From Bugula neritina (lineage: Eukaryota; Animalia; Bryozoa): a stretch of 64,000 nt of DNA. The position numbers were made by a program, and so were the translations under genes. The notes beneath the pieces were generated by a model. It was not told the DNA's origin, did no database searches, and was given only the letters and a program-made list of their open reading frames with translations. The stretch lies in contig OZ037765.1 in assembly GCA_964035545.1 (NCBI GenBank), positions 3,472,001 to 3,536,000 of the forward strand, in the 5' to 3' direction. This document shows positions 1 to 10,805 of the stretch, piece after piece (the stretch's first letter is position 1; each line of letters begins with the position of its first letter).

Positions 1-98
1 ATTGGGTGCAGTAGCTGGGAATTCCCATGTAATTCTTACTTCTCCTGGTGACACATCAGTGTGAGAAGATACTGGGTCCCCTGATAACTTAAAGATTT
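1..98 (-). CDS. Partial exon starting an FN3-like repeat; gene continues beyond the window edge
   Basis: Minus-strand acceptor ttacttttag ends at 99. Joined in phase 1 to the 1742 donor it reads EIFKLSGDPVSSHTDVSPGEVRITWEFPATAPN; the V-x-I-T-W-x-x-P pattern resembles FN3 strand B. The domain call is an inference from 33 aa. Confidence 0.6.
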
Positions 99-1171
99 CT
101 AAAAGTAACAATTAGCAACTTAATTATTACACTCAACATCGGTTAACTAGTAAAAATGAAAATAATATAATTCTACCCTTTTACAATTATAGCAAACTAC
201 ACTAAGTATAATTTAATGAACATAAATATTTTCTATAAACTAATGGTTTATATAGATTTTATGACATTATTAAATTTAGTTTGCAGCAAAGATTTTAAAC
301 AAAGCTTGCATATAACAGCCTTTAAGTTTCAAATTTGAACCTATGAAGAGTACATCTCCAAATGTATATACAAGTTTACACACACAAAAACAAAACAGGT
401 AGTTTTATAATGCAGTTTTGTTAGTGCGGTAAACTCAGATTATAAAACAGTAGTCTAGTAAAACAAACAAAGTTTAATTTATGTATAACAAATATTGTTA
501 TAGCCAGGACAGAATGTGATGTCATCATATTGCAATAGTAGATGGTAATAAATAAATATTATATGATCAAGAATAGTGATGCATGGTTTGATTTAAATAC
601 AAATAAATAGCTAAACTTGTAGAAACCTACTGAATGGTGGTTATAATATTCAAGCAGATACGTGAAAACTTACCATCAGAATTTTTGCTAAACCTATACG
701 GTTGAGGGAACAAATTAATATTTTCACATCCCCTTTGCTTAGCTAAGCTGATAATATATTTTTACACTTTGAGCAAAAAACAGTGCTTTCTTTTAAACAT
801 TCAGGTAAAAAATGGTTTCACCCTGTGAAATCTTTAATTTCAAACCTAAAGTAAAATAATATATAAGGTGAGCCAGTTTGAGCCTGATGCCTGCAGTTAC
901 AAACATGCCTGGGACATATTCTTGCAATATATATTTTGGTTTGTAGTTATTCTACAAGTTATAATAAAACAGAAAATTAAACAAGTAATTTATAAGCTAT
1001 CGTGATATAACAAATTATTGAAATTAGGTGCACCGCTGTGTGCCTATACAATGGATATTTAAGATCAAAACTTTAAGATGAGCAAATTCAAATACTATAT
1101 TATATATACTATATAATATATAGTTTTAGTGGCTCAACTTGCATTTAGTCACTGGCAGAACACATAATTGT

Positions 1172-1256
1172 AAAACTTTTTCCCTCACTGGGAATCTGAC
1201 CTTAGACTTTTTTGACTTGCAAGCATGCGTGCAATGGCCAATTACACTTCTGGGAT
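1172..1256 (-). mobile_element. Degenerate copy of the tRNA-derived short repeat
   Basis: The reverse complement has TAATTGG, GCTTGCAAG and GATTCCCAGTGAGGG, matching 13646 and 21026. Confidence 0.5.
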
Positions 1257-1741
1257 TCCTAATAACAATATTAAACTGGAAGTTCTGTTTGTAAAATTGC
1301 ATTTTCTGCGAAACTATGCAATATATATGAATATTTAGTCAACAGAGATATTACTAACTGTTGAGAACACCAAATTTGTTATGTGAATGTTTAGAGTTTT
1401 GATTATACGTGAACTTAGCTTGCTTAATTGTAGGAAACAAAATTGTTGACTTTCTCAACTTTCAGCATAAATAAAAAACTCAAAGCTCTATACTCTGGTC
1501 TCACACGTTTCCAACTTTCTCTCTTTCCCAACTGAGAACACAAGATTTGTTTCAATTTTCATGCCACTTGTGACTCAACCACCATACACATTTGCTGATT
1601 ACAGATAACGGGCTCAAGTAGCTGTTAAAATTATGGGAAAAATATCAATCAAATTATACTTAAAAAAGCTTCAGGTTGTGCTGTGCACTTGTTATTGCGG
1701 TCAATAATCTACAGTTAATTGCACAAGTATAATATAATCAC

Positions 1742-2233
1742 CTGCTATGTAGGCTCTCAGTGCTACTGCTCTAGTTTCTGTGACAACATCTGAAGCTGTG
1801 AGTCTGTCTACTCTGTCTGTTTTAGGGAAAATTATATAAGCTGGAGGATCTCCAACCACTTTAAATCTAAATGAGACGAGGTTACCTCTACAACCAGATT
1901 TACTCAAGTCTTCTACATACAGAGCAAGAAAGTCTCCTTTTCTAACTACTTCTGTAGAGTTCTGTACAAACTGGAATCTGATTCCTCCTGTAGATGCATC
2001 TTCAGGTGTGAGTAGAGTTTCTGTAATCAGATTGAATACAGCAGAGTTACCTTCTTCTGTCTGTCTCCATATAGCAGCATATGAGTCACAGTAGTCAGTA
2101 GAATGACCAATCATATACTTCCAACCAACTAAATATCCGTCTGCTTCTATCTTATAGTTGAAGAGTAACATGAAAGCAGTTCCAGCTGATCCATAATCTA
2201 TTATCTTTGTGTTGGTTATACTGTCAGAGTTAC
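1742..2233 (-). CDS. 492-nt phase 1-1 exon encoding an unassigned extracellular beta-rich domain
   Basis: Inside ORF 1701..2279. Acceptor ttattttcag before 2233, donor G|gtgatt after 1742, symmetric phase, and coding-like composition against AT-rich flanks. Confidence 0.75.
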
Positions 2234-3002
2234 CTGAAAATAATAATATATTATTCTTATAATAAAATATCTCATTCATCAGATATAGTGCAAATCACTT
2301 TTAATATAGAAATTTACATGCCTGATTATCACGCTATTTAATTATCTCATACTATCAAATCATACTTTTTTTCTTTAAATGTGTTATATTAAAACAGTTA
2401 GTATCCTGGGTTCATCCTTAAACGTGTAGCTCAATGACCTTTTGTAATTAGCAACTTAAAGGTATATAGAATGCAAATTACAGTATTTTGTTATATCAAT
2501 TTAATTCGATGTTATTATATGGTTCATAGGATATATTTATACTATTTATATTATGAATTGTGCTCTCTAAAAAACTGATGACCTATTTCAGCTCAGCTGC
2601 ACCTATACATTTACACTATAACAAGTGTAATGCAATATATTGTTTGACAATATATATCTCTGGTTTGAAAAGTGTAAAAATTATATATAGTATGCGCACC
2701 AAACCTGCTACAACATGTTCCTTTGAGTACATAAAAGTATATAAAAGAAGTACTGCAGTTCTCTGGCAATACAAATGGCTTCCAGCAAAGAATAAATGTA
2801 TTTCGCACATTTCTTTGATAAATGCGTTTTTATAACTGCATATTATGTTGAACAAGTAATAAACTAACCTCATTAGATAAATTTTACATTTTTCTAATCT
2901 ATTGTATTTCATATTTGCTGCAAAGCACGTGCGTGGCAAATTTGCCGCTATCAATAGCTTACATTTTGTTCTCTGAACACATGTTATATACTTTATGAAT
3001 AC

Positions 3003-3454
3003 TGTATCGGTTTGTGTTTGTGTCTGGTTGCAAGATATGCTTTAACTACTAGCCAACTTGGCAACAGGTTTTCGAGTTTATTAACTGTCAAATCGTACCC
3101 TATAAAATGGGAAACATTAGAAATTGTATAAATAAGTAGTCACAATATAAATCAAAATTCAGAGGAACACTATGAATATTACAGAACCAAAAAAATTGAC
3201 ATGAACTATTGTAATTCTAATAAACTTACAATATTGATGCGTGGATAAAAATCTTAGCCATCACAATACCGAAACCGATAGTTTGTTCATACAAAGTGTG
3301 TAAATATGGCGGTTTGATCATGATACACTGACTCATGCAGTACAGTGAATGAACTAGCTCTGCCAGCTAATAGTAGCTTTGGTGAAAGCTTTTGAAGCTT
3401 GAAAGCTTTAATGATTGGCTGCCTGCCAATACTTCTGGGTGGCATACCAATACA
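3003..3454 (-). repeat. 3' LTR of the BEL/Pao element
   Basis: TG...CA termini with an 8/9 terminal inverted repeat; copy of 7922-8373. Confidence 0.95.
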
Positions 3455-3683
3455 TCGGTGGGGTCGAATTGTTTGGCAGATACTATTCTGACAAATATTG
3501 ATAAATTATGTAAATCAAAACAAACAAAACAAACAAAACAAAATAGGATCAGTCACAGACCATGAAATTCTTGCACCAATCCGCTGACCCCTCCGCGCAC
3601 CAGCCCGTCCCCCGAAAAACGGTTGAATGCAGACCCCTCCAGCGACACGAGCGTACACGCGGCCAAGAAGGTAGATCAGTCAT

Positions 3684-6600
3684 TTATGGGTTTACTTCAG
3701 TTAATAAAGCCAACCTATGCACGCTGCGGGTTATGATAGTGTCTTTACAGCCTACATAGTCCCTCAGTTTCCCTGCTACCTTATAGTTTTTGTAGGAAAG
3801 GGCTACTTTCCTTACTATGCCATCCTTGCTCGGATATACTTGATGTACTCGAGCTAGTTTATACTGATTACGCAGCTGATTTGGATCCATAACAACTACA
3901 ACATCTCCCACCTGAAAGTTTCGTCTTGGGGTATGCCACTTTTGGTGATGAATCAGTGTGGGTGCATACAATTCGGTCCACTTCCGCCAGAAGTCATCTG
4001 AGATTGTATTTACCAGAGCCAGTCGCCCCCTTAAGGAGTAGTCTGTATTCCAGTTGCCAGGATTTTTGATGAAGGGTCGTCCAATAAGTTTACAGTTAGG
4101 TGTTAATATGTTGATCTCGGAGTCTGAATCTGGCAGTAATCCCAATGGCCTTTCATTTAGTGTGTTTGCAGCTTCAGTGCAGATTGTGAGAAATTCTATA
4201 AGTGAAAGTCGGCGGTTGCTCATTGAAAATGTGAAACATCTCTTGACAGCCTTTATGAGTGATTCAGCAGCGCCCTGATACCAGGGGCTGTCACCGGGTC
4301 CAAATTCCCATTGCAACCCATTTTCTGCACTGGTTTTCTTGATAGAACCTTTGTCCATGCGTCTCCACATATCTTTGAGTTCTTTTTCTGCTCCAGCTAA
4401 CTGTGTTCCAGGATCAGAATAAATCTTGGATGGCCAGCCACGAATGTTGACGAATCGAGTTAATGCCAACAGGAAAGAATCACTGTCATATCCGAAAACT
4501 GCTTCGATGTGTGCTGCTTGTGAACTGATGTCTGCGAATATTACTCCATCTGCTGTGTTTTCCTTGCCACTTACCCAGTGCCAGCAGCTCATATCCCCAT
4601 TGGTTGCTCCCTGAATTTCTCCAATGCGTACACCTTCGTAAACATGAAACCTTGTTGACTTCTTTTGGAACATCTTGAGCACCGTTTTAGAATTGATAAG
4701 CTGATAAACTTTCTCAAACTCATAGCGCATTTCAGTCTTAATAACTTGTCTGCCTCTCTTTGACCATACGGCCGCATTGAGTTCTAGTTGAGGAATCTTG
4801 AGTTGTTGTTTTATGGGTGCTATACGACATTTAGCTGTAGCTTTGTTTACCCCTTTAGCAGTCGCTTTAGATTCTGCCCTCTCATTGGCCGGAACAGGCG
4901 TGGATTGTGTGATAGAGGTACTGCTAGTAAATTCATACTTTCTTTTAATCTCTACAGACATGGACATAGAGTCATTGACTTCTAAAGATCTGTTCAACTG
5001 TCCAGAACCGATTTGTCCTGCAGACTCAGTGTCTGGGTCTCCCGGGCTCTGTAAAGGGTCGGAATCATCGGCTGACTCAATCATACCACATTCAGTGGCT
5101 ATAGTATGTGATTCACCATAATTTATAATAGTCTGAGGTCTTGAAAATGACTTTGCAAACTGACTGGGAGATGCGTCGGGACTATTGACACTGTAAGTTG
5201 GCGTAGAAACTGTAGACAATTCAAAATCACAACTGTTGAGCGTGTCGTTGTGTATGCTTTGAGTGAATTCAACTTCCTCTAACTTCTCATGCGCCATGGT
5301 AGCCTGTACATGAAAAGATGAGGATGGAAGTGTAGAAAAGTTGCTAAGGGTAGGGTGTGATCCCTGCACACACAGTCCAAAGGGTCCGGAATATACATAG
5401 AGGTGAGGTCCTGCTTGATCAACTTGGTGTTTTGGATGCAATCCAAGAAGATCGTTACCAATTAGCAGGTCGATGGGTCCCGTCTTCTTCAATAGCTTGT
5501 GAGTATCTACTTTCGGGAAGAGAGATTTGAGGATGTTTGCATCAAGTGGCCTGTTGATAGCCCCTGTGAGTTTCCGAAGGCTGTAAGCTAAAATCGAAAA
5601 GGTCCTTCCCTTTGGAGTTTGTAACTTTACTTCATAAATAGTAGAAGTTTCGCTAACTTCATGTTCACCAAGTGTGTTCATTTCCAAATTCACCTTATCT
5701 ATCTGTCGCGCACCCCACGCTTTAGCGGCTCTCTCCGATATGAATGAAGCATTGGATCCGCCGTCAAAGAATATAATAGCTGTATGAGATGTACCCACTA
5801 CTTGGGCCTGCTGAATGGCAAATACTGTAGCATTTCCTGGATGATTGTGCGCTCCATGATTGGGAGACACACGGACCGTGGTGCTAACAGCAGACGCTTC
5901 AGAATTCTCGTTACTCTTGTGCTTAATTTGATCAGCTCTTGCTTTATTCTTGTTGGTATTACAATTGGTATGTGTATTAGTTTCAGCTGATTTGATGCAC
6001 AATAATACATGGTGGGTTGTTTTATCACAGACTGAACAAGGGGTTCGGAAATTTGGACAGCACTTGGGCTTATGGGCACCCAAGCACCTAGCACATAGAG
6101 AATTAGTTTTTATTAACTTGTATCTTTCATCTACAGACAACGCCAAGAAATTTCTGCACTCAACAAGACAATGACGCTCACTGCGATGAATAAAACAGTA
6201 ATTCTCACTATCAATGGTTTTGCTATTATTAGTAGACCTGTTACTACTAGACTTTGGGCCACTGCTTTCAGTGTGGAACGCTTTCACCTTCTGTTTATGC
6301 ATACTGGAGGACTGCGGGTTTACGGTTTCTATGCGTCTGAGGGCTATCTGCCGTTCTTGCTCTAGAAACCTCATGAGGTGTGGGAATGGCTTGATTCTCT
6401 CCTCGTGAGTAAGTATGTGAAAGTGTCTATCCCAGTCCCGTCTAATGCTTGTAGGTAATAGGTTTGCAAGAGTATCGACCTGTGGCAGCATAACAGTTTG
6501 CAACAGTCCCACTTCACCGAGTTGGCTGTACGAACTTTCTACTGCATTGGCCATTTTGACGAGTTCTCGTGCATCGCCTTCTTTTACTGGCTTTAGTTCT

Positions 6601-7898
6601 TGTAGATTGTTGAAGACTGCTTGCACACTCATGCTAGGATCATTGTAGACCTCTTCTAATCTACACATCATTCTCTCATAAGCTTGAGGCTGAGTTGCAA
6701 AGATTGGCTGAACCATCTCCAGAGCTTCGCCTGTGAGAAATTTTTTTAATTCACAAGCCCTATCGACATCATCGTAAAACATAGTGGCATACCTTAGCCA
6801 CACTGACCTAAATTCCGGCCAATGGTATCTAGTGCCGTTAAATGGATTGGGTTGTGAATGAGTTTTATGTATAGATGAATTGAAGTTATTTCCACCTGTA
6901 TGTCTAGAGTCATAACTTATTTGACTAGTTCCATTAGGGTAGCTATCATATGCATTGACAACCGAGGAAGTTGCGCCGCGAATCAAAAATTCAGAATGAG
7001 CTGCACGATCAGTACTACCATGTAGATCACGTACTGAGAATGTAGAAGAACGAACATCTCTGACATTGGTACTTGCTATGACACCTGGATTTGACGCCAA
7101 AGCTTCACCGGATGTGTGATCTTCCCATAGTACCTGCCTATCACTACCGCTTGCTGTGACACCTGGATTTGGTGCAAGAGTAGCCTCATGTGTGCTAGGG
7201 TGTGATCTAGAAGAAAACAACCGACTCGACGCGACCATAGTCGGTGCATGACTCGCGCCGTCTGAAGGTGACTCCCCACCCACACCACTCTCCGCAAGAC
7301 CGGACCGGACTACGGACGGATCAGATTCACGGTGTTCGAAATTCATGTTCTGTGACTGAGCCTTTGACATAAGAGTAAACTTAGACATACAATAATCTAA
7401 AGATAAAATAACTTCATCTAGTTCTAATAATAAATCAGAAAAACCTATGGTATCTGCCAAACTTTCTGAAAGAGCTACACATTTCCTAAGATGTTCAGTG
7501 ATAAGAGTATTGTCAGTACAATCAGTAACTAATCCATTGGCTTTCTTAATTGCTAAAATAAGGCTGTGCTTGATTTTATAGAATTTGCTATGCCAAGTAT
7601 TACAGTCAGAAATAGCTTTGTCATAACTAGCCTTTACAGCTTGATAGTACTCTACTGGACTCATCTTATTAACATAAGCAATGTCTTCCATAGACTCATC
7701 TGATGAAACGTATTCCAAAAAGTCATAATGAATAGTTAGAAACTCTTGATATGTAGATTCAAGCTGAGATCGCAGGCATTCCACTTGTGTAGAGTTGCTA
7801 CTAGAGATTGCTGATTCTATGAGATTAGTTAGCATTGTTACCTTAGACCTCAGAGTAGTACGTTGCTTCTTGAGATTAACTATGTCCTGTCGGTCCAT
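3684..7898 (-). CDS. BEL/Pao gag-protease-(RNase H remnant)-(integrase remnant) polyprotein, about 1404 aa from the first ATG
   Basis: The ORF-track start at 7952 is a TTG inside the LTR; the first ATG is at 7898. Motifs: Gag capsid-like region, three Cys/His knuckles (CFIH..H..C, CARC..H..C, CSVC..HH..C), aspartic protease FFDGGSNASFI, Pao RNase H motifs KCRIAP..IPQLELNAAV and WHWVSGKENTAD, integrase SDPGTQL, PWYQGAAESLIK, NERPL and a C-terminal GDVV..RSVHRL domain. No YxDD RT motif. Confidence 0.9.
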   Translation of the reverse strand: MDRQDIVNLKKQRTTLRSKVTMLTNLIESAISSSNSTQVECLRSQLESTYQEFLTIHYDFLEYVSSDESMEDIAYVNKMSPVEYYQAVKASYDKAISDCNTWHSKFYKIKHSLILAIKKANGLVTDCTDNTLITEHLRKCVALSESLADTIGFSDLLLELDEVILSLDYCMSKFTLMSKAQSQNMNFEHRESDPSVVRSGLAESGVGGESPSDGASHAPTMVASSRLFSSRSHPSTHEATLAPNPGVTASGSDRQVLWEDHTSGEALASNPGVIASTNVRDVRSSTFSVRDLHGSTDRAAHSEFLIRGATSSVVNAYDSYPNGTSQISYDSRHTGGNNFNSSIHKTHSQPNPFNGTRYHWPEFRSVWLRYATMFYDDVDRACELKKFLTGEALEMVQPIFATQPQAYERMMCRLEEVYNDPSMSVQAVFNNLQELKPVKEGDARELVKMANAVESSYSQLGEVGLLQTVMLPQVDTLANLLPTSIRRDWDRHFHILTHEERIKPFPHLMRFLEQERQIALRRIETVNPQSSSMHKQKVKAFHTESSGPKSSSNRSTNNSKTIDSENYCFIHRSERHCLVECRNFLALSVDERYKLIKTNSLCARCLGAHKPKCCPNFRTPCSVCDKTTHHVLLCIKSAETNTHTNCNTNKNKARADQIKHKSNENSEASAVSTTVRVSPNHGAHNHPGNATVFAIQQAQVVGTSHTAIIFFDGGSNASFISERAAKAWGARQIDKVNLEMNTLGEHEVSETSTIYEVKLQTPKGRTFSILAYSLRKLTGAINRPLDANILKSLFPKVDTHKLLKKTGPIDLLIGNDLLGLHPKHQVDQAGPHLYVYSGPFGLCVQGSHPTLSNFSTLPSSSFHVQATMAHEKLEEVEFTQSIHNDTLNSCDFELSTVSTPTYSVNSPDASPSQFAKSFSRPQTIINYGESHTIATECGMIESADDSDPLQSPGDPDTESAGQIGSGQLNRSLEVNDSMSMSVEIKRKYEFTSSTSITQSTPVPANERAESKATAKGVNKATAKCRIAPIKQQLKIPQLELNAAVWSKRGRQVIKTEMRYEFEKVYQLINSKTVLKMFQKKSTRFHVYEGVRIGEIQGATNGDMSCWHWVSGKENTADGVIFADISSQAAHIEAVFGYDSDSFLLALTRFVNIRGWPSKIYSDPGTQLAGAEKELKDMWRRMDKGSIKKTSAENGLQWEFGPGDSPWYQGAAESLIKAVKRCFTFSMSNRRLSLIEFLTICTEAANTLNERPLGLLPDSDSEINILTPNCKLIGRPFIKNPGNWNTDYSLRGRLALVNTISDDFWRKWTELYAPTLIHHQKWHTPRRNFQVGDVVVVMDPNQLRNQYKLARVHQVYPSKDGIVRKVALSYKNYKVAGKLRDYVGCKDTIITRSVHRLALLTEVNP

Positions 7899-7921
7899 GT
7901 CAGCCTCAGCAATATTGGTAC

Positions 7922-8373
7922 TGTATCGGTTTGTGTTTGTGTCTGGTTGCAAGATATGCTTTAACTACTAGCCAACTTGGCAACAGGTTTTCGAGTTTAT
8001 TAACTGTCAAATCGTACCCTATAAAATGGGAAACATTAGAAATTGTATAAATAAGTAGTCACAATATAAATCAAAATTCAGAGGAACACTATGAATATTA
8101 CAGAACCAAAAAAATTGACATGAACTATTGTAATTCTAATAAACTTACAATATTGATGCGTGGATAAAAATCTTAGCCATCACAATACCGAAACCGATAG
8201 TTTGTTCATACAAAGTGTGTAAATATGGCGGTTTGATCATGATACACTGACTCATGCAGTACAGTGAATGAACTAGCTCTGCCAGCTAATAGTAGCTTTG
8301 GTGAAAGCTTTTGAAGCTTGAAAGCTTTAATGATTGGCTGCCTGCCAATACTTCTGGGTGGCATACCAATACA
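7922..8373 (-). repeat. 5' LTR of the BEL/Pao element
   Basis: Copy of 3003-3454. A minus-strand AATAAA near 7995-8000 is consistent with minus orientation. Confidence 0.95.
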
Positions 8374-9890
8374 AATACTAAAGTTCTAACATGTTTTAAA
8401 TTCATTTTATGTTTCATACTTCAGATCCCTGAATGTGCATGATATATTATCTGTATTAGAAAAAGACAATATCTATGCATAAAAGCCTACATTGAGCCAA
8501 ATGACCCTATACCCTATTAACTGAAAAAGAAGAAAGTGAATTAATGGATAATTTGTCTAGCAGAGAACTGACTATTATTGCTAAAGTTGCTAATGTTGAT
8601 GACAAACTTGTCTGAATATTGCTGGTTTGAGGTGAACAAAATAACAGAACAAAACAAAACAACCTGCTTAGTTATTGCATAAGAATGCTGAAAAGTATTC
8701 ACAAAATTACTTTAATCAGTTTAGTGCACTACCTAAGGGTACTGGCAGACCATCAAAGGTGATCGAATATGTTGGGACTTTACATAAGCTGGGAAAGCTT
8801 ATTAGCTTTTCACATATCATCTCAGCTATATTATGCTTTTCAACTTTCATTATAGCTAATACACAAAAGCTAACTTTTTTACTAACTACTATAAAAACCA
8901 AGTGCATGGTTTTTCACTTATCCAGACTTGCAGTATCTCACAGTTGTATACTTGCAATTTATAACTCATGAGATAACTTACTTTTACACATCGGGTTTTT
9001 TTCAGTCTGCTATAATTAATATTTATTTTTCTAACTTAAAACACAACAGAATAGAATATTATAATCTTGTGGAAATTCAAGATAACAAAAACATTTAATG
9101 AAGAAAGAGTATGAAAAAATTTTCAGTTAGCATAGAAAATGTAATACTATATATAGGTCTCTGCATTTGGCGTGTAATTTTTCAATTTTTACACTTCCGT
9201 TTTGCTGAATAATGCTTTCTCTTTTACTTTTTACGTAGTTTAAATCATAATCGGGATAATAATTGTATGCATTTGCAGTTTGCACCCAAATTGATATCAA
9301 CTATATACGGACATTTTACAGTATTAGGCAAAATTTTGCTAACCATTATTGACAAGGTTGCATATCATTGGTAATTTTAGATTTGCAATAGCCTAAAATT
9401 GTTGTATACGTACTTTATATCAATTTGAAAATACGTAGGTATTGTTTCTTATTTCAGCATAAAAAAATTTATTTGGATGGTGAGTTTATTTGACACATCC
9501 TATATTCTAGAAATACTGCTGCAGAGAAAAGCGAACTGAGACAAGTTTGCCTAATCATGCAATTATGTAGAACCAACACCAAATATATTAGAAAATATAA
9601 AATTATGACTCAAAAAGTAATTGAAGCCAATATTGAGTTAATTCTTTTCTGTTGATGTAGAGTTACGCTAATAGTAATTAAAAACTATTCATCAACATTT
9701 ACCTGGTTTAGTTACAAATATCCATGGGCTTCTTGTTTTTAATCAAGTGTAAAAATACACAAAAATCACAACAATAACTAGGTTTTATAGTCCAGTAATA
9801 GAACATATTATTAATTTTCAAGCTAGTGTGAAAATTTCACTTTTTAATCAAGAAGCTGTAGCTAAAAAAAATCAAAAGTTTCACTCATAC

Positions 9891-10158
9891 CTGCATGAAT
9901 ACCAGAGAGGGAGGTTAAAGTACTGATAGCCTGTATTTACTTCTGGTGTCACTCCAGTATCATCTGATCTCTTGTTGAGAATCTCACATAGATCTCCACT
10001 CACTGACTTCACTATAGAACTGCAGTTATAACTGATGTCTTCATCTTGTAAACAGAAACTCATACATTCTCTGAGGTCTGATGTACTCATATCATTGTAC
10101 TTTTGTACTCCACTGCTTAGATAGTAACCTCTAGTAGCTGTCCATGGCTGCCATATTC
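9891..10158 (-). CDS. Exon encoding a second PAN/apple-like domain
   Basis: Acceptor tattctacag before 10158 (phase 1); C-x3-C...C...C pattern (ECMSFC..NCSS..LCEI). Donor AG|gtatga after 9891; alternatively the frame reads through to a stop at 9881-9883. Confidence 0.75.
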
Positions 10159-10805
10159 CTGTAGAATACAATACTGTATGAAAGATTGTACACAAAAACA
10201 TAATTATTTATAACTAGACCCATGATTACTTGTTGCCAAATGCTGTTTTATCAATTATAATTTAAATTCAGATTTTACGAAATATAGAAGTTGATAGAGT
10301 GATCTGGTAATTTGTTGCACGCTCTAAATTTAAAGTCCTTCTGCGAAATTTATAAAAGTGAGTCTCAGAGACAAACTGGCTTTCAACTAAAACTATGAAC
10401 TTTACTACCCATTGTTTTAAAACAATATCATTGTATTACGCTTCCAATCTGTATTCCTCGATCATTGTATCAAATGACTATAATGTTGCAACCTTTCTAT
10501 ACATAATTATTGATTATCCTAATAAGTTTTAAAAGTTTTACGCAATGCATTGCATTAGTAAAAACTGCAACATGCAATTAACTTTTCATTTGCTACATAA
10601 ATTATCTGCTACAGTATGCTGTTACATAGCGAGCTAGGCAGAATATCTGCACTATTTGCATGGTGACCTCAGGGTATATATATAAACTCTGCATGCATGG
10701 CGTCCAGCCAAGCAGTGCTGGGATTTAAAGTGTCAATTCTAGCACAAATATTAGCTATTTTTTCAAAATTATGAATGTAAAATATCACAGTCTTTGTACA
10801 TAGTA

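Larger units (their letters stand above)
3003..8373 (-). mobile_element. BEL/Pao LTR retrotransposon, recent insertion, non-autonomous (lacks RT)
   Basis: Two 452-bp direct repeats, 3003-3454 and 7922-8373, TGTATCGG...CCAATACA, with no difference seen by eye. 5-bp TSD AATAC at 2998-3002 and 8374-8378. The internal ORF carries BEL/Pao motifs. Confidence 0.95.

Noticed and set aside
2582-2602. 20-nt micro-exon bridging the phase break in the PAN gene
   Set aside because: It has AG/GT borders but contains a stop codon in all three frames.
4054-7297. Antisense and alternative-frame ORFs or an env gene within the BEL element
   Set aside because: Short shadow ORFs of a GC-richer coding region; only about 230 nt separate the stop from the 3' LTR, leaving no room for env.
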